The position numbers and the translations under genes are program-made. Under the pieces are notes generated by a model. It worked only from the letters and a program-made list of their open reading frames with translations, was not told the DNA's origin and made no database searches. A DNA stretch of 63,935 bases, the filler included, from Octopus bimaculoides (lineage: Eukaryota), in NCBI RefSeq assembly GCF_001194135.2. It is 8 parts of 8 records of this genome, joined end to end, with 100 filler letters (N's around TTAATTAATTAA, not from the genome) between each part and the next. Parts side by side here need not be neighbours in the genome. Positions count along the whole stretch, not along the records: positions 25,392 to 53,849 come from NC_068992.1; 7 more parts are not named here. The stretch is one strand, 5' to 3'. Positions within the stretch are counted from its first letter, which is position 1, and the number at the start of each line of letters is the position of its first letter. Below are positions 34,207-46,977 of this stretch, piece by piece.

Positions 34207-35197
34207 TCTTATAGGATGGCAAGTAATAAATGATGTCGCAGAGGAGAATGCTTGCTCAGCCATTTTCCTGGTATATTCATCAGTAAGACATATGACCTCA
34301 ATGACTCCTATATTGTCTTCATTATCTGATGTGCAATAAGGAACTCAACACACCCTTCAAGCATTTTCAGCTTGCGTTGGAGCCGAGTTATCAACACTTC
34401 TGGTTTCCTTTTAAACGCACTAACAGTGCGTCATCATTTTGAAGGCGGTGGCCTTTCTTCCCCCGACATCCTGCTTCTAGTAGGCTAACACGACATTTCA
34501 GTGTTTGTACTTCTGTACGAACTCCTTTGTTCACAAACAATTCCTGTAGTCAAATCCGTTGCTTTGGTTGTGTTGGTTTATAACAATGGTGTTAGAAGTG
34601 TTGCTTTTGGTGGTTGTGGTGTTGTTGATGATAGAGGTGTTGCTACTGCTACTAGCATCTGCCCTGGTAGCCACGTTCACTGTTACATTATATGCATTTC
34701 AACACCCACAGTGCATTGATCAACCCTAGACTTCATTAGAAGATACTTGCCCAAATTACATGCAAAGTGGGGTTAAAGACCAAGGCTGAGCTGTTTCTGC
34801 TATTGCTAGTAACCGCCATGGCAGTCATGTTCATTATTACATTCATACACATTTCATATTGTTTCGTATTGTTATATGCATCTCACATTGTTGAATATTT
34901 GCCCAAGGTGTCGTACAATAATATTAAACCCGAAACCATCGAAAAACATAATTTTCAAATATGAAATCGTAATTATCTGAGCTGAAGCATTATTAATAAG
35001 ATTACACTATTTTGTACGATTAAATTAATTTTTAAAGATGAAACAGTTTTTAAATATTTTAAATATTTGAACTCAGAACGAAAGACATACCTCAATTACT
35101 TTGCCCATCGTGCTAACGATTTGCCAACTTGGCGCCTTATTTCAACCATTAATATTTCTAATGAATCGACAGACACCCAATTCTAATTTTTTTTAAC

Positions 35198-35524
35198 TTG
35201 GTGCTTATTCTTTCGGCCTCTTTCGCCGAACCGCTATGTTATGGGAGCGTAAACACATCAGCACCGGTTTCCAAGTGGTGGTGGGGGTCAAACAGAGGCA
35301 CAAACACACACATACACACACACACACGACACAACGCCCGCACACACATACACACATGCACACACACACATATGCACGACGGATTTCTTTCAGTTTCTGT
35401 CTACCAAATGTACTCACAGGGCATTGGTCGGCCTGTGGCTATAATAGAAGACACTTGCTCAAGGTGCCACACAGTGGGACTGAACCTCAGTTGGGAAGCA
35501 AGCTTCTTACCACACAGCCACGCC
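35198..35524 (-). mobile_element. tRNA-derived SINE with internal (CA)n
   Basis: Reverse complement head ggcgtggctgtgtggtaagaagcttgcttcc..ggttcagtccc..gcaccttgagcaagtgtcttcta; same family as 63773. Confidence 0.8.
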
Positions 35525-36787
35525 AGCACCTATTTGATAATAATAAAAAAAAAAATACTTCAAATAAAGATACGTCAACATATCATTCTTGCTGGTAAGA
35601 ATAAGGATTCCTAAATGGATTGTGATGCTTACAAATGTAGGTTCGAACCCTACAGGCCGCCTTCCCTTCGACACTTTCTAGCTAAAGGGATTTTTAAAAC
35701 TCAATATTTACACGCTATTATTTATAGCGTTCTAAACTTAATTAATTAATTAATTAAAGAAAGATTATTTCATTGACTTTAAGTTTCTAAATTCTTACGA
35801 CATAAAAAAATATATTTGAGGTTTTAGGTATAATTTTCTTACATTCCTAAGTATTGTTTATATAATCCAATGGCAGTAGATTGGCGGAATCGTTAGAGTG
35901 TCGACACAATAACTTTGGTATTACTGCTTAACACTTTTGATACAAACTCGCCTTAAACCGTCATTGGTTCTATGATAAAAACTCCCTGTTATATGAATTA
36001 AAACCTTCCTTGAAAAGTTCTCGCTAGTTTATGTTCCAAATGCTTGCTTAATAATGACAATGTTATTTCAATAAATTCTTCGTTATTTTAAAAATTAATT
36101 GAAACAAAAACAGTATATTTCACCATGGATGTGGTAATAAGAACAGCTAAACAGTTTTATTTTACAAATGGACGTTCAGTGAGATATTTTCAATTTGATG
36201 TGGGCGAGGGATTGTCCACTGTTTTAGTCACTAAAAAACGATTTTTACAACACAACCACCTTTATACTTAATACAGAATAGCTAAAAGTGACTTGAGACA
36301 CTTTAGAGAAAATAAAATGGAGAGAATTAGTAGAAAGTACTTACAAAAGACATAGATAAATATTAAGAGCCGAACTGAAAACCGGAAATAAGATGGCTGG
36401 TTAATACCAAATCGGAAGTAGAAAACATTACCAAAGAAAAATGCGAAATTATCAGGTCAACTATTGGTATTCTGCGAACTTGAACAGAAAGGAAGTGAAT
36501 ATGAAAGCTAACAATGGTCTTGAAAGCTCTGTACTAAACGTGAAAGTGAATCTATAAAACAAGCGCAGCAACAACATGCAGATTATGAATATCAATATGA
36601 ATGGAAACTAACGAACAATTAATCTTATCGTTTGTGGCTGCTGTCCACTCCTCCTCACAAAGACAGAATGTAGTTGTATTCATAGGATAAAACTGATGCT
36701 ATTTCTAAATGAAAGCTTAGAAGGCATGTGTTTCAGTAAGCTCAATTTCTTGTATGAGACAACGGCATTTGCCCTACCACTTAGTAA

Positions 36788-37130
36788 AGGTAAGGGTAAG
36801 AAAAAAAGACCCTCTTCGGTCATGAATGACCATGGGGTTGCACCTAGAAAGTTCCCCTTCGATGCACAAGTCTGGGCAAGGTTGTTTCATGGAAGACCAG
36901 CAGTCGCCCATGCATACCAGTCTCCCCTCTGCACGCCACCGATGGGAAGGCAAAGGCCAATACACCTTGGCCCCAATGAGGTCGCAACTCATTTCTACAG
37001 CTGAGTGAATTGGAGTAACGTGAAATAAAGTGTCTTGCTCAAGAACACAACACACGTCCGGCTCGGGAATCAGACTCACTACCTAATGATTGTGAGCCCG
37101 ACGCGCCAACCACTGAGCCATGTGCCTTCA
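36788..37130 (-). mobile_element. Full-length tRNA-derived SINE with 11-bp target-site duplication
   Basis: Head gtgaaggcacatggctcagtggttgg (A box) with a degenerate B box; CORE-like ttgagcaagacacttta..ctcagctgtagaaatg; ttaccctt tail; ccacttagtaa at 36777-36787 and 37131-37141. Confidence 0.85.
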
Positions 37131-38935
37131 CCACTTAGTAAGAGAAGTGAGGGCAATGTTCTTATTGTTCCTTATTTTATTAGAGCTTCGAAGTCTTGTG
37201 GGAGGAAGAGAGAAAGTTATTCTCAAACTAAAGACCTAACCCAAATGCTTAAAACAGAGTGAAGTTTGCTGAAAGTACCCTAGGTACCAGGTGTTGGTGG
37301 TTAACCAGATGCCGAGGTTGATATAATCTAAGCCAAGCAAATTAAGGGGACTTTGCGCATATCACATCAAAGATAAGGAAACCTACGTTCTCTGATAAAG
37401 ATTTCGATCCCTCCTAACCAAAATATCACCCAGAAGAAAGAGGAAATCGATGAAGTTATAAGGGACACGGAGGTAAATAATGAAGATATGAGGTAAAAAA
37501 AAATAGGAAAAGAAATATACACACACAGATAGAGAGAGTGAGAGAGAGAGTAAGGTGGAGAGAGAGGCGTTATAATTTATTAATTAAATGCTTTCTCGCA
37601 CTCATACAAATGAAGAGAAACATTCTTACAGAGACAGAGAAAGGGGGAGAAAGAGAGGGAGAGAACGCGAGAAAAATTAAAATGGTTGATGTCAAATAAG
37701 TCAGCATCGAATCAGCGACGCCAAACAGGCAGCGCCAAAACGGCTGTGCCAAGACGCTTCAAACCGCCACCTCGATACGAAGCAACGTGCAATACTATGT
37801 CGTGTCTCACATGATCTATTCAGTTCTTCCCATTCTAAGCCTTCCCTTTCATCTACCCACACAAAATTTTCTTCCTATCAGCACATTTCTTTCAGGACAT
37901 CGACACTCCAGACAATTTTGTTCTTCTTTCAAGAAAGACCATACCACAAGGTCAGTACGTAGCTTCCTTGTCGTAATGTGGTGCCGGAACACGAGCGTCG
38001 TTTGCAAGTTTTTAAAAATAAAATTTAAAACTTTAGAATATCTACACTTATCTTTGAGTGTTTTGAAAAATGAGCTATTCACAATTTTGTTATAGACATT
38101 TATGATTAATAAAACAGAAGCTCGGGTATCAGTTTTCCTTTCATTATGTTCCTGCATTATCCTTTCTCACCATCCTCGTGGAAAACAACAGGGTGCAACT
38201 TGGAGTTAATTCTCAATGCATTGATGTTGCTTTGCTATTTTTATGCAACAGCAATGTATACATATGCATGCATGCAGAATTAGTAAAAAAAAGTAGAAAA
38301 CGTAATTGAAATTTCAAGCTTTATAAAACATACACGTGTTCTAATAAACTGGCTGACAAGATTACACATCTGTTAGGTGAGATTGCATAATCTTATTGAA
38401 ATACCTCGTCAGTGGTCCGAATTGTTTTATTGAAACACGTGTCGGTTTTATAAAGATTAAAATACTAGTTCCGTTAACTGTATTTTTATGAACACTATTA
38501 CATAGCTCTCATTCCGCACACTAGCCTATCTGGTTAACTGCACTGAGCACAGGAGGGGAGAGTGTGGAATTTACTGCTGAGCCCTAACTTTTGGTTACGT
38601 GTCGCGCTTTACAGCGCACGTATATTCTATTTTAAACTGAAAACCGTTGTGTATTTGTGTGTGTGTGTATACACACACAATTTTTATATATATATTACGT
38701 GAGCACGTGTTCGACCAGATTATTTGATGTTGTTCACATCGGGGGTCACAATGCGCTTTGCATCGTTGTAGCATTCGAATGGACATCGCTCCGCTGGCTA
38801 CGGGCCCAGGCCAACGTTACCCCTTGTTTGAAAGGTAGACTGAAACAACGTGAAATGAAGTGTTTTGCTCAAGAACAAACGCGCCGTCTGCTCCGGGAAT
38901 CGAAACCACGATGTGGTTGGGAAGCAAATTCTTAC

Positions 38936-38984
<49 letters not shown>

Positions 38985-39790
38985 NNNNNNNNNNNNNNNN
39001 NNNNNNNNNNNNNNNNNNNNNNNNNNNNNNNNNNNNNNNNNNNNNNNNNNNNNNNNNNNNNNNNNNNNNNNNNNNNNNNNNNNNNNNNNNNNNNNNNNNN
39101 NNNNNNNNNNNNNNNNNNNNNNNNNNNNNNNNNNNNNNNNNNNNNNNNNNNNNNNNNNNNNNNNNNNNNNNNNNNNNNNNNNNNNNNNNNNNNNNNNNNN
39201 NNNNNNNNNNNNNNNNNNNNNNNNNNNNNNNNNNNNNNNNNNNNNNNNNNNNNNNNNNNNNNNNNNNNNNNNNNNNNNNNNNNNNNNNNNNNNNNNNNNN
39301 NNNNNNNNNNNNNNNNNNNNNNNNNNNNNNNNNNNNNNNNNNNNNNNNNNNNNNNNNNNNNNNNNNNNNNNNNNNNNNNNNNNNNNNNNNNNNNNNNNNN
39401 NNNNNNNNNNNNNNNNNNNNNNNNNNNNNNNNNNNNNNNNNNNNNNNNNNNNNNNNNNNNNNNNNNNNNNNNNNNNNNNNNNNNNNNNNNNNNNNNNNNN
39501 NNNNNNNNNNNNNNNNNNNNNNNNNNNNNNNNNNNNNNNNNNNNNNNNNNNNNNNNNNNNNNNNNNNNNNNNNNNNNNNNNNNNNNNNNNNNNNNNNNNN
39601 NNNNNNNNNNNNNNNNNNNNNNNNNNNNNNNNNNNNNNTAAAAAGATTTAGAGTATCCTAATAGGTATCTTATAAAATCTGTATCAGATGTGGTTCTTTT
39701 TGGGGTTTTTCGCTGTATTATTAAACTTTCTCGTAACTTATTTTGAAGGAAAGAAATATTTTCGATATAGTTAGATTGGTATATTTTTTT

Positions 39791-40236
39791 GTACTCTAGG
39801 CACAAGGCCCGAAATTTTAGGGGAGGGGACTTGTCGATTAGATCGACCCCAGCACGCAACTGGTACTTTATTTATCAACTCCGAAAAGATGAAAGGCAAA
39901 GTCGACCTCGGCGGAATTTGAACTTAGAACGTAAAGACAGACGAAATGCCGCTAAGCATTTCGCCCGGTGAGCTAACGTTTCTTCCAGCTCACCGCCTTG
40001 TCAGATTGGTATATTGATACGCTCACAAATGCAGCTTGCCCCGTCAGAACCATTAGCATGCCGGACAAAATGCTTAGTGGGTTTCTTGTGGTTCTATACA
40101 TTCTGAGTTCAAATTCTACATGAGTCGACATTACTTTTAATCCTTTTGGGCTCAATGAAATAAAGTACCAGTGAATGACTAGGGTTGATGTAATCGACAA
40201 GTCTCCCGAAATGTCAGGCCTTGTGCCTATAATAGA
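39791..40236. mobile_element. Two head-to-head SINE copies (minus 39791-39999, plus about 40040-40236)
   Basis: Both match the 4445-family module in opposite orientations. Confidence 0.75.
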
Positions 40237-40428
40237 CATAATACTTGTATACACACTCACACAGATATGTAAATCATCGTTGACTGTTTCTCATGTTCGA
40301 GAAATTAGCTTTCCGCCCGAGTGAGTGGTTTCTCCATGTTGATGACTTTCCTGACTGAAGGGGTCCTACTTCACGTAAAATAGACGGGAATAAGAGCTGC
40401 AGGAAACAAAGAGTGGACAGTATGAAAG

Positions 40429-40639
40429 GTAAAGGTTATTTGCCAACATAACATGGCAATCCTGGCTTAGGACAGCCATATTATGTTGGCTATACGCCAC
40501 AAACTGTGTCCTTATATTTTCGAACAAGGGCACAGTTCGTGTCGTATATCCAGCAGGAGACGATGTCACTTGGGGCTAAATTGCAGCAACATTCGTCCTA
40601 AGCCAGGACTGCCATGTTATGTTGGCAAATAATCTTTAC
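40429..40639. mobile_element. MITE (family shared with 12624)
   Basis: TIR gtaaaggttatttgccaacataacatggcaatcctggcttaggac / gtcctaagccaggactgccatgttatgttggcaaataatctttac. Confidence 0.75.
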
Positions 40640-41327
40640 TCTAGAGTACTGTTGCTGAATATCTCTTCTTGTGAGATTTACTAAAAGTAATTTTCTATAG
40701 TATGACAAAAGGTGTTGACGCATTTTTTGTTTTTTACGTTTGTCTTCAACTTGTCTTTTACTTCTGCATTTGAAAAGTTCAATTCCGGTGGTAACAGAGT
40801 GAAACTATTTGGAAAGGTTCTGACCGCCAGTTTCCCACAATTTTATCTCGATGTTAGCCATTCTGAAAGTTGAATCTAGCTGGTCTTTGTAATGGCTGAA
40901 ATGACAACATCGCACTCTTTGTTCCATTCACTTTTCATAGATGAGCTGATCGATTTCATATTAACATTCTTTTGTCATCGAAAAAACTAAAAGTAGACTA
41001 AAACGAGTAAATAAAACTGCTTGTACATCACTTCTAAGTCTCTTAGCTACAAAGCCAAGAAGTCCAGAAATAAGCAAGAGCAAGATCGTGACTTTGCAAT
41101 GGGGCGGTTGTGACTTCCGATTTTCCTTCTTTTCGAGCAATATCTCAAGAAAGACTACGCGTCCACGACTCTCAGTTGTTGGATGGTCATTGGTCCTCCT
41201 GAGCTTATCCATCCTTTGACGGGTTTTGCCTTTCATTCTGCAGGATGGCTTGGCAGGGCTATCGGTTTAGTAGCCGATGGCCCGGCCGTGGGGTAGCCGT
41301 ACTGCGTTTTGGGTAGCACTAAGAGTG

Positions 41328-41360
<33 letters not shown>

Positions 41361-42600
41361 NNNNNNNNNNNNNNNNNNNNNNNNNNNNNNNNNNNNNNNN
41401 NNNNNNNNNNNNNNNNNNNNNNNNNNNNNNNNNNNNNNNNNNNNNNNNNNNNNNNNNNNNNNNNNNNNNNNNNNNNNNNNNNNNNNNNNNNNNNNNNNNN
41501 NNNNNNNNNNNNNNNNNNNNNNNNNNNNNNNNNNNNNNNNNNNNNNNNNNNNNNNNNNNNNNNNNNNNNNNNNNNNNNNNNNNNNNNNNNNNNNNNNNNN
41601 NNNNNNNNNNNNNNNNNNNNNNNNNNNNNNNNNNNNNNNNNNNNNNNNNNNNNNNNNNNNNNNNNNNNNNNNNNNNNNNNNNNNNNNNNNNNNNNNNNNN
41701 NNNNNNNNNNNNNNNNNNNNNNNNNNNNNNNNNNNNNNNNNNNNNNNNNNNNNNNNNNNNNNNNNNNNNNNNNNNNNNNNNNNNNNNNNNNNNNNNNNNN
41801 NNNNNNNNNNNTATATATATATATATATATATATGATGCTGTTAAGATGAGAATATTTTCATAATGTATTCCAAAAGAAATGCATTAAATAATGGCTAGA
41901 AAAAAAAATTATTCCAAATGGGAAAGTAATTCAAAATATAATAGAATTGTTAGGTTTTTATATGGTTATCACGTTTCTTTTACACGTCTTAGCTATACAT
42001 TTTCATAAATAATACGACAGACGTATTGTAGTTTTTTTGGGTTTTTTTGCCGGCATTTTTCTTTGCCATCTACCGTATCATAGTTTCGTCAACACGCTCA
42101 ATAATTCAGTTATGTGGTGTTATGATAATGACGAGCAGAAACCACCCGGGGAGAGTGTGGATGTGATTGTTTTCTGCTAGTGGGTTCAATAAATATATAG
42201 CTAATTCCATTGTGAAAATATAACCCGTGGATAAAACAATGGTATAGCTTTAGGTTACATCTTCACAGCGCTACTAAATATATCTTTATTGAGGATATCA
42301 AGTATTATTTGTATGTTTCACAAATACATAAACATATATTTGTTTGGCTGTGACGTCTTCTCATCGACTCGGAGATTTTATGTATATATATATATACACG
42401 TACGTACGTATGTATGTATGTATGTATGCATGTATGTATGCATGTACTTTTTTATTATCTTACTTATTTCAGTCATTTGATTGTGGCCAGGCAAGAGCAC
42501 CAACTTCAAGTACTTTAAGTTCAACAACTCGACCCGAGGACTTATATCTTAAGCCTACTACTTATTTTATCGGTCTCTTTGCCGACTCGCGATGTAACAC

Positions 42601-42644
<44 letters not shown>

Positions 42645-43176
42645 ACACACATACACACACACACACATATNNNNNNNNNNCAGTAAGACTGAACCCGGAA
42701 CTATGTGGTTGGGAAGCAAGCTTCTTACCACATCACCTCGCTTGCGCCTGTATGTATATTTAATTCCAAGAGAGTTAGATGTTGTGAATCCAACCAACTA
42801 AGGGATAATATCTATCCAATATACTGCTGGTAGAAAACCCAATTATTAATACGTAAGTGTTTTTACATTGCATGGCAATTACACTACTGAACGTAATAAA
42901 TGGGCGAGGGTAAAAAGTTGCTTTACTCTTAATTTATACAGCAATAAGAAAATGGAGGGGATCAAGAGGTGGTATTCAAAAACAATTATAATATACATAC
43001 ATGTATAACATTATATATTATATATGTAAAGCATAATCTGTTATGCATGTATGTATAGTATTATAATTGTTTTTTAAATAAATAAATAAATATACATAAC
43101 ATAATGTCTAAAAGTTGATGAATACCACCTCTTGATCCCCTCCGTTTTCTTATTTCTGTAGATATANNNNNNNNNN

Positions 43177-43219
<43 letters not shown>

Positions 43220-43299
43220 TATAAATATATTCATACTATGTATGCATACACGCACATACACACATAAGCGCACGCATAAAGTAACATTTGTATCTAGGG

Positions 43300-43900
43300 T
43301 TTTATCCGTCTCCATTAGCTTTAATCGAAGAGATGAAGTAGTACACCTACGCTGAGGAGACAAATAATAGATGCGAAGACTCGAATGCTGAAATCTGGTG
43401 TAGTCCAAGAGCGGAGGGGAAGGTGTTTGCCTCAAAGATTTCTTAGACAAAATCCTGCACCGTCAAACATGCACCAGTAAAAGCAAATAAGACGTGGCCT
43501 ACGATAAAAGAACAGCAACACCCGATGGTACATAGGACCATAGAAACATTCATGTTGAAAATTTTATGCGGGAGCATATCGGAAACGAAGTAATTCAAGA
43601 AGAGAGTGAAATCAACGATGCGATTGTGGAACACCGAAAGCACAAGTTCCCAAGGCAAGACATATTGTTGGACTAACAGACTACAGGTGAGCTCATGTAG
43701 TGGTTGAATGATCTCCAAGACATCGGAAAAGACTACTTAGAAAACCTCCAAAACGATGAGAAGACGATGAAGTCAAATTTCGAGCTTAGAAGAGAAGGGC
43801 GCAATCAATGTCCTGTATAACTTGCGGTAACACAAAAAACAAAATTGTATTGTGGGTCAACCTGCAGGTGGACTTAATATAAAGATTGTACAGAACCTTG
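43300..43900 (+). pseudogene. Heavily decayed LINE RT N-terminal region
   Basis: One frame reads EEESEINDAIVEHRKHKFPRQDILLD*QTTGELM*WLNDLQ..RREGRNQC, resembling the EI..AI...K..KSPG.DG......G.....WL..L...KKG.R..C pattern. Confidence 0.5.
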
Positions 43901-44305
43901 GAACTCATCTTGCTATAGTTAACAGAGCGATTGTACAAATAACCAGTAAAAGAAAGGAATCAACAACTTCCAGCTCAGGTTGACTTAGGCTCTCTTATCA
44001 AACTGTTGTGGTGTGCAGCCGAGTCAGAAATTTCACAGGAGATAATTTCTGAACTTCTTAGTTCGATATCCAAATGGGCTTAATCACTGAGAACTGCACA
44101 AGGAATATCAGCTGAATACTATATATTTAAATGCATCAAAGAACACTATTTTGGTTCAAGGCATAAACCTTTAAAAATAGTGTCTATTTATTTTTGGCAT
44201 GTCTGTGTATGTATTTTGTAAAAATGGTTTGTTTGTCACTGCCAAAGATGAAAGACGAACCGCCATTAATCATATACTACAGAGCGTGATTTAGAACACA
44301 CGCAT

Positions 44306-44348
<43 letters not shown>

Positions 44349-44680
44349 TATTAATGTAACACAGTAACTTAAAACCTGATGAAGCTACCAGTCTTGCTCG
44401 AATTCCCGTCAGAACTCTGGCGGGAATTTGAGCATTCACCAGCCCTCTTTGCTTCACTATATTTTCCATACCAGAGGAATATTACATCTGTGTTTCGTAG
44501 ACACAAAAGGGACTTCAAAAAGGATATATTTCCTTATTGGACGTCATCAGAAATGAATTGAGATCACCAGGCCACAAACAACTTACGAAACAATCAGATC
44601 GAATGCGAATTCATTCCGATCAAATTATAACACAGGTGATAACCCGACACAATCTTTTTTCACAAGCAGCAACCAGCTTT

Positions 44681-45267
44681 TTGTAGGCCACGGATGTATG
44701 TGTCAGGATTGTCACATGAAAGGAGCTTAAAACCGAAGACGTAGAATAATGTAGTTGTCTTTGACACCTTAAAATATAAATAAATAAAAATAAAACTCAG
44801 TGAAAACTAGAGATCGATTGAAGATCGAACGGATACAATTCCATCGTATAATGACTGCCAATATTGCTGTTGTTTAGAGCCAAATCGGCTCTGATTTGGC
44901 AGATCTATGGTCATGGGTATTGCAGCTGTGACCCTTTCGTGTCTTATTGAGATAGGGAATATATTGAGGGATTATTTGGCTATTGTTTTCAAGAGATTGA
45001 CGTATTCATACGTTATTGTGATTGTTTAGCGCCAAATCAGCTCTGATCCAGCAGACCTGTTTTGTTCAGGTCTCAATAAAATCGTTAATATTGACCCCTG
45101 GGGAATGGTTTATGTGGCTATCTAAGGGGTCAATTTTCCAACAATATCAATATAACATAACGGAATTTTATTGTTATTTATCAATTTCGTTAAGTATTCG
45201 GTTTTAAGTCTTCGGTTTTAAGCTCCTTTCATGTGACAATCCTGACACATACATCCGTGGCCTACAA
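44681..45267. repeat. Perfect 60-bp inverted repeat pair (44681-44740 and 45208-45267)
   Basis: ttgtaggccacggatgtatgtgtcaggattgtcacatgaaaggagcttaaaaccgaagac and its exact reverse complement. Confidence 0.9.
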
Positions 45268-45387
45268 TACTTAAATGTTTTTAAATATTTCTTATTGAAA
45301 TCGATAATGACACAAAAGAATGAAGAAATTAATGTTTTTAAATGAAGAAAATATTTTCATTAATTGTAATTTTTAACGATTCCACGA

Positions 45388-45450
45388 AAGGGGTCATGAT
45401 ATAAGGGGTCAGGATATAAGGGGTCAGGATATAAGGGGTCAAGATATAAG
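45388..45450. repeat. 15-bp tandem repeat (aaggggtcaggatat) x4
   Basis: Direct reading. Confidence 0.9.
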
Positions 45451-46105
45451 CCTGCTGAGCTCTTAGTTTGTCTTTTATTCATGTAGTGTATCTATGACTA
45501 CGTTATTCAATGTATCTTTCCCTAAAACGGTAGTGCATACTTTAAGGGGCATTTGGCTACTATTTCTGGCAAATCACAGTATCTATAAAATCGTTGTGTT
45601 GTTGTTTAGCCACAGGCCGGTTCTGAGGAAGTACACCAATGATCAAAAGTGTTTTAATTAGAAACATACTCTTGTTTATTCAGGTAGATATTTTTTTCCG
45701 CACGTCTACAGAAACACATAATTGAAAATATTTTATACTTCTATGGATGCACACACTCGAATATAACATCAGTTTTGCATTGTGGAGTCATTAGACACAC
45801 TTACATTATTTTTTAAGATTTTAGCTCTTATTTCTAGCAATATAGGTGCTTACAACACTCAAGTCATATTTAGCAACAATTATAGTTTACCTATGTGTGT
45901 GTATGTAGATACGTATGTATGTAGATACGTATGTATGTATGTATGTATGTATGTGTGTATGTATGTACACATAAACATATGATGCATTTGTCTCATCATA
46001 TGCATGTGTAGATCTAGGTACACTTGCACGTAACTAACAGTCTGAGCATGTCTGTAGTGTGTGTGTGTGTGTGTGTGTGTGCGTGTGTGCGTGTGTGCGT
46101 GTGTG

Positions 46106-46138
<33 letters not shown>

Positions 46139-46728
46139 TTGTGCGCGTGCGTGCGTATGTCTGTGTATGTGCATATGCGCATGGATTCGTATATATTCAT
46201 ACATCGTGTATGCTAAGTTTGTACAGAAACAAATGCAACACAATTTCACATCTTCAAGAAGCGGTCAACTGCGGAAGAGAGAGAGAGAGAAAAAAGCAAC
46301 GAAGAAAAAAATGCTAAAAACTGATAGGTGACGCTCAGATATAGAACCGTGTTGGATGGATAGACATTTCAAGAGCAACGGAATGGGATATTAAGAGATG
46401 CTTATTTACTAAAACAATACTTACCGTTCGCTAGGAGACGCTCACCAGTTACGATAGAACGCTGGGTGTTTACTTAAGCAAGTTTAGCAACGATCTTTTT
46501 TCTTTTCCTTCAGACGCCTCCAGAAATCTTCTTCATTCCAAGAATCGCTTTGTAGAATTCATTTATTTTAACAACTCTCCTGTTTGTCTTTCTGTCTATT
46601 CTTACCGAATCGACGGCTGTCATCTGATTGTGTATGTATGTCTGTCTGTACATATGTTAGTCTGTCTCTCTGCCTGTATAAATGCATGTATTTATAAATG
46701 TATGTATGTATAAATATGTGTATGTATT

Positions 46729-46778
<50 letters not shown>

Positions 46779-46927
46779 CTATAAGTTTATGCGCGTGTGT
46801 CTTTATGTATGTACGTAGTTATGTGCATATATCAAGTGTATGTATTTATATATCTATAAATGTATAAATGTATTTATTATGGTTATATGTATGCTTTTAT
46901 GAATATTAAATATATGTATATATATAA

Positions 46928-46977
<50 letters not shown>

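Noticed and set aside
34210-34830. GC-richer, coding-like segments upstream of gene 1
   Set aside because: No single continuous frame and no phase-compatible splice sites; may be UTR or relic.
37849-38157. 102-aa minus-strand ORF
   Set aside because: No splice signals or recognisable domain; possibly a TE remnant, unsupported.
44396-44433. 17-bp hairpin as a Helitron 3' end
   Set aside because: No CTRR terminus downstream; an isolated hairpin is insufficient.
44520-44555. Hammerhead-like CTGATGA..GAAA on the minus strand
   Set aside because: No stem I and only one stem II pair.
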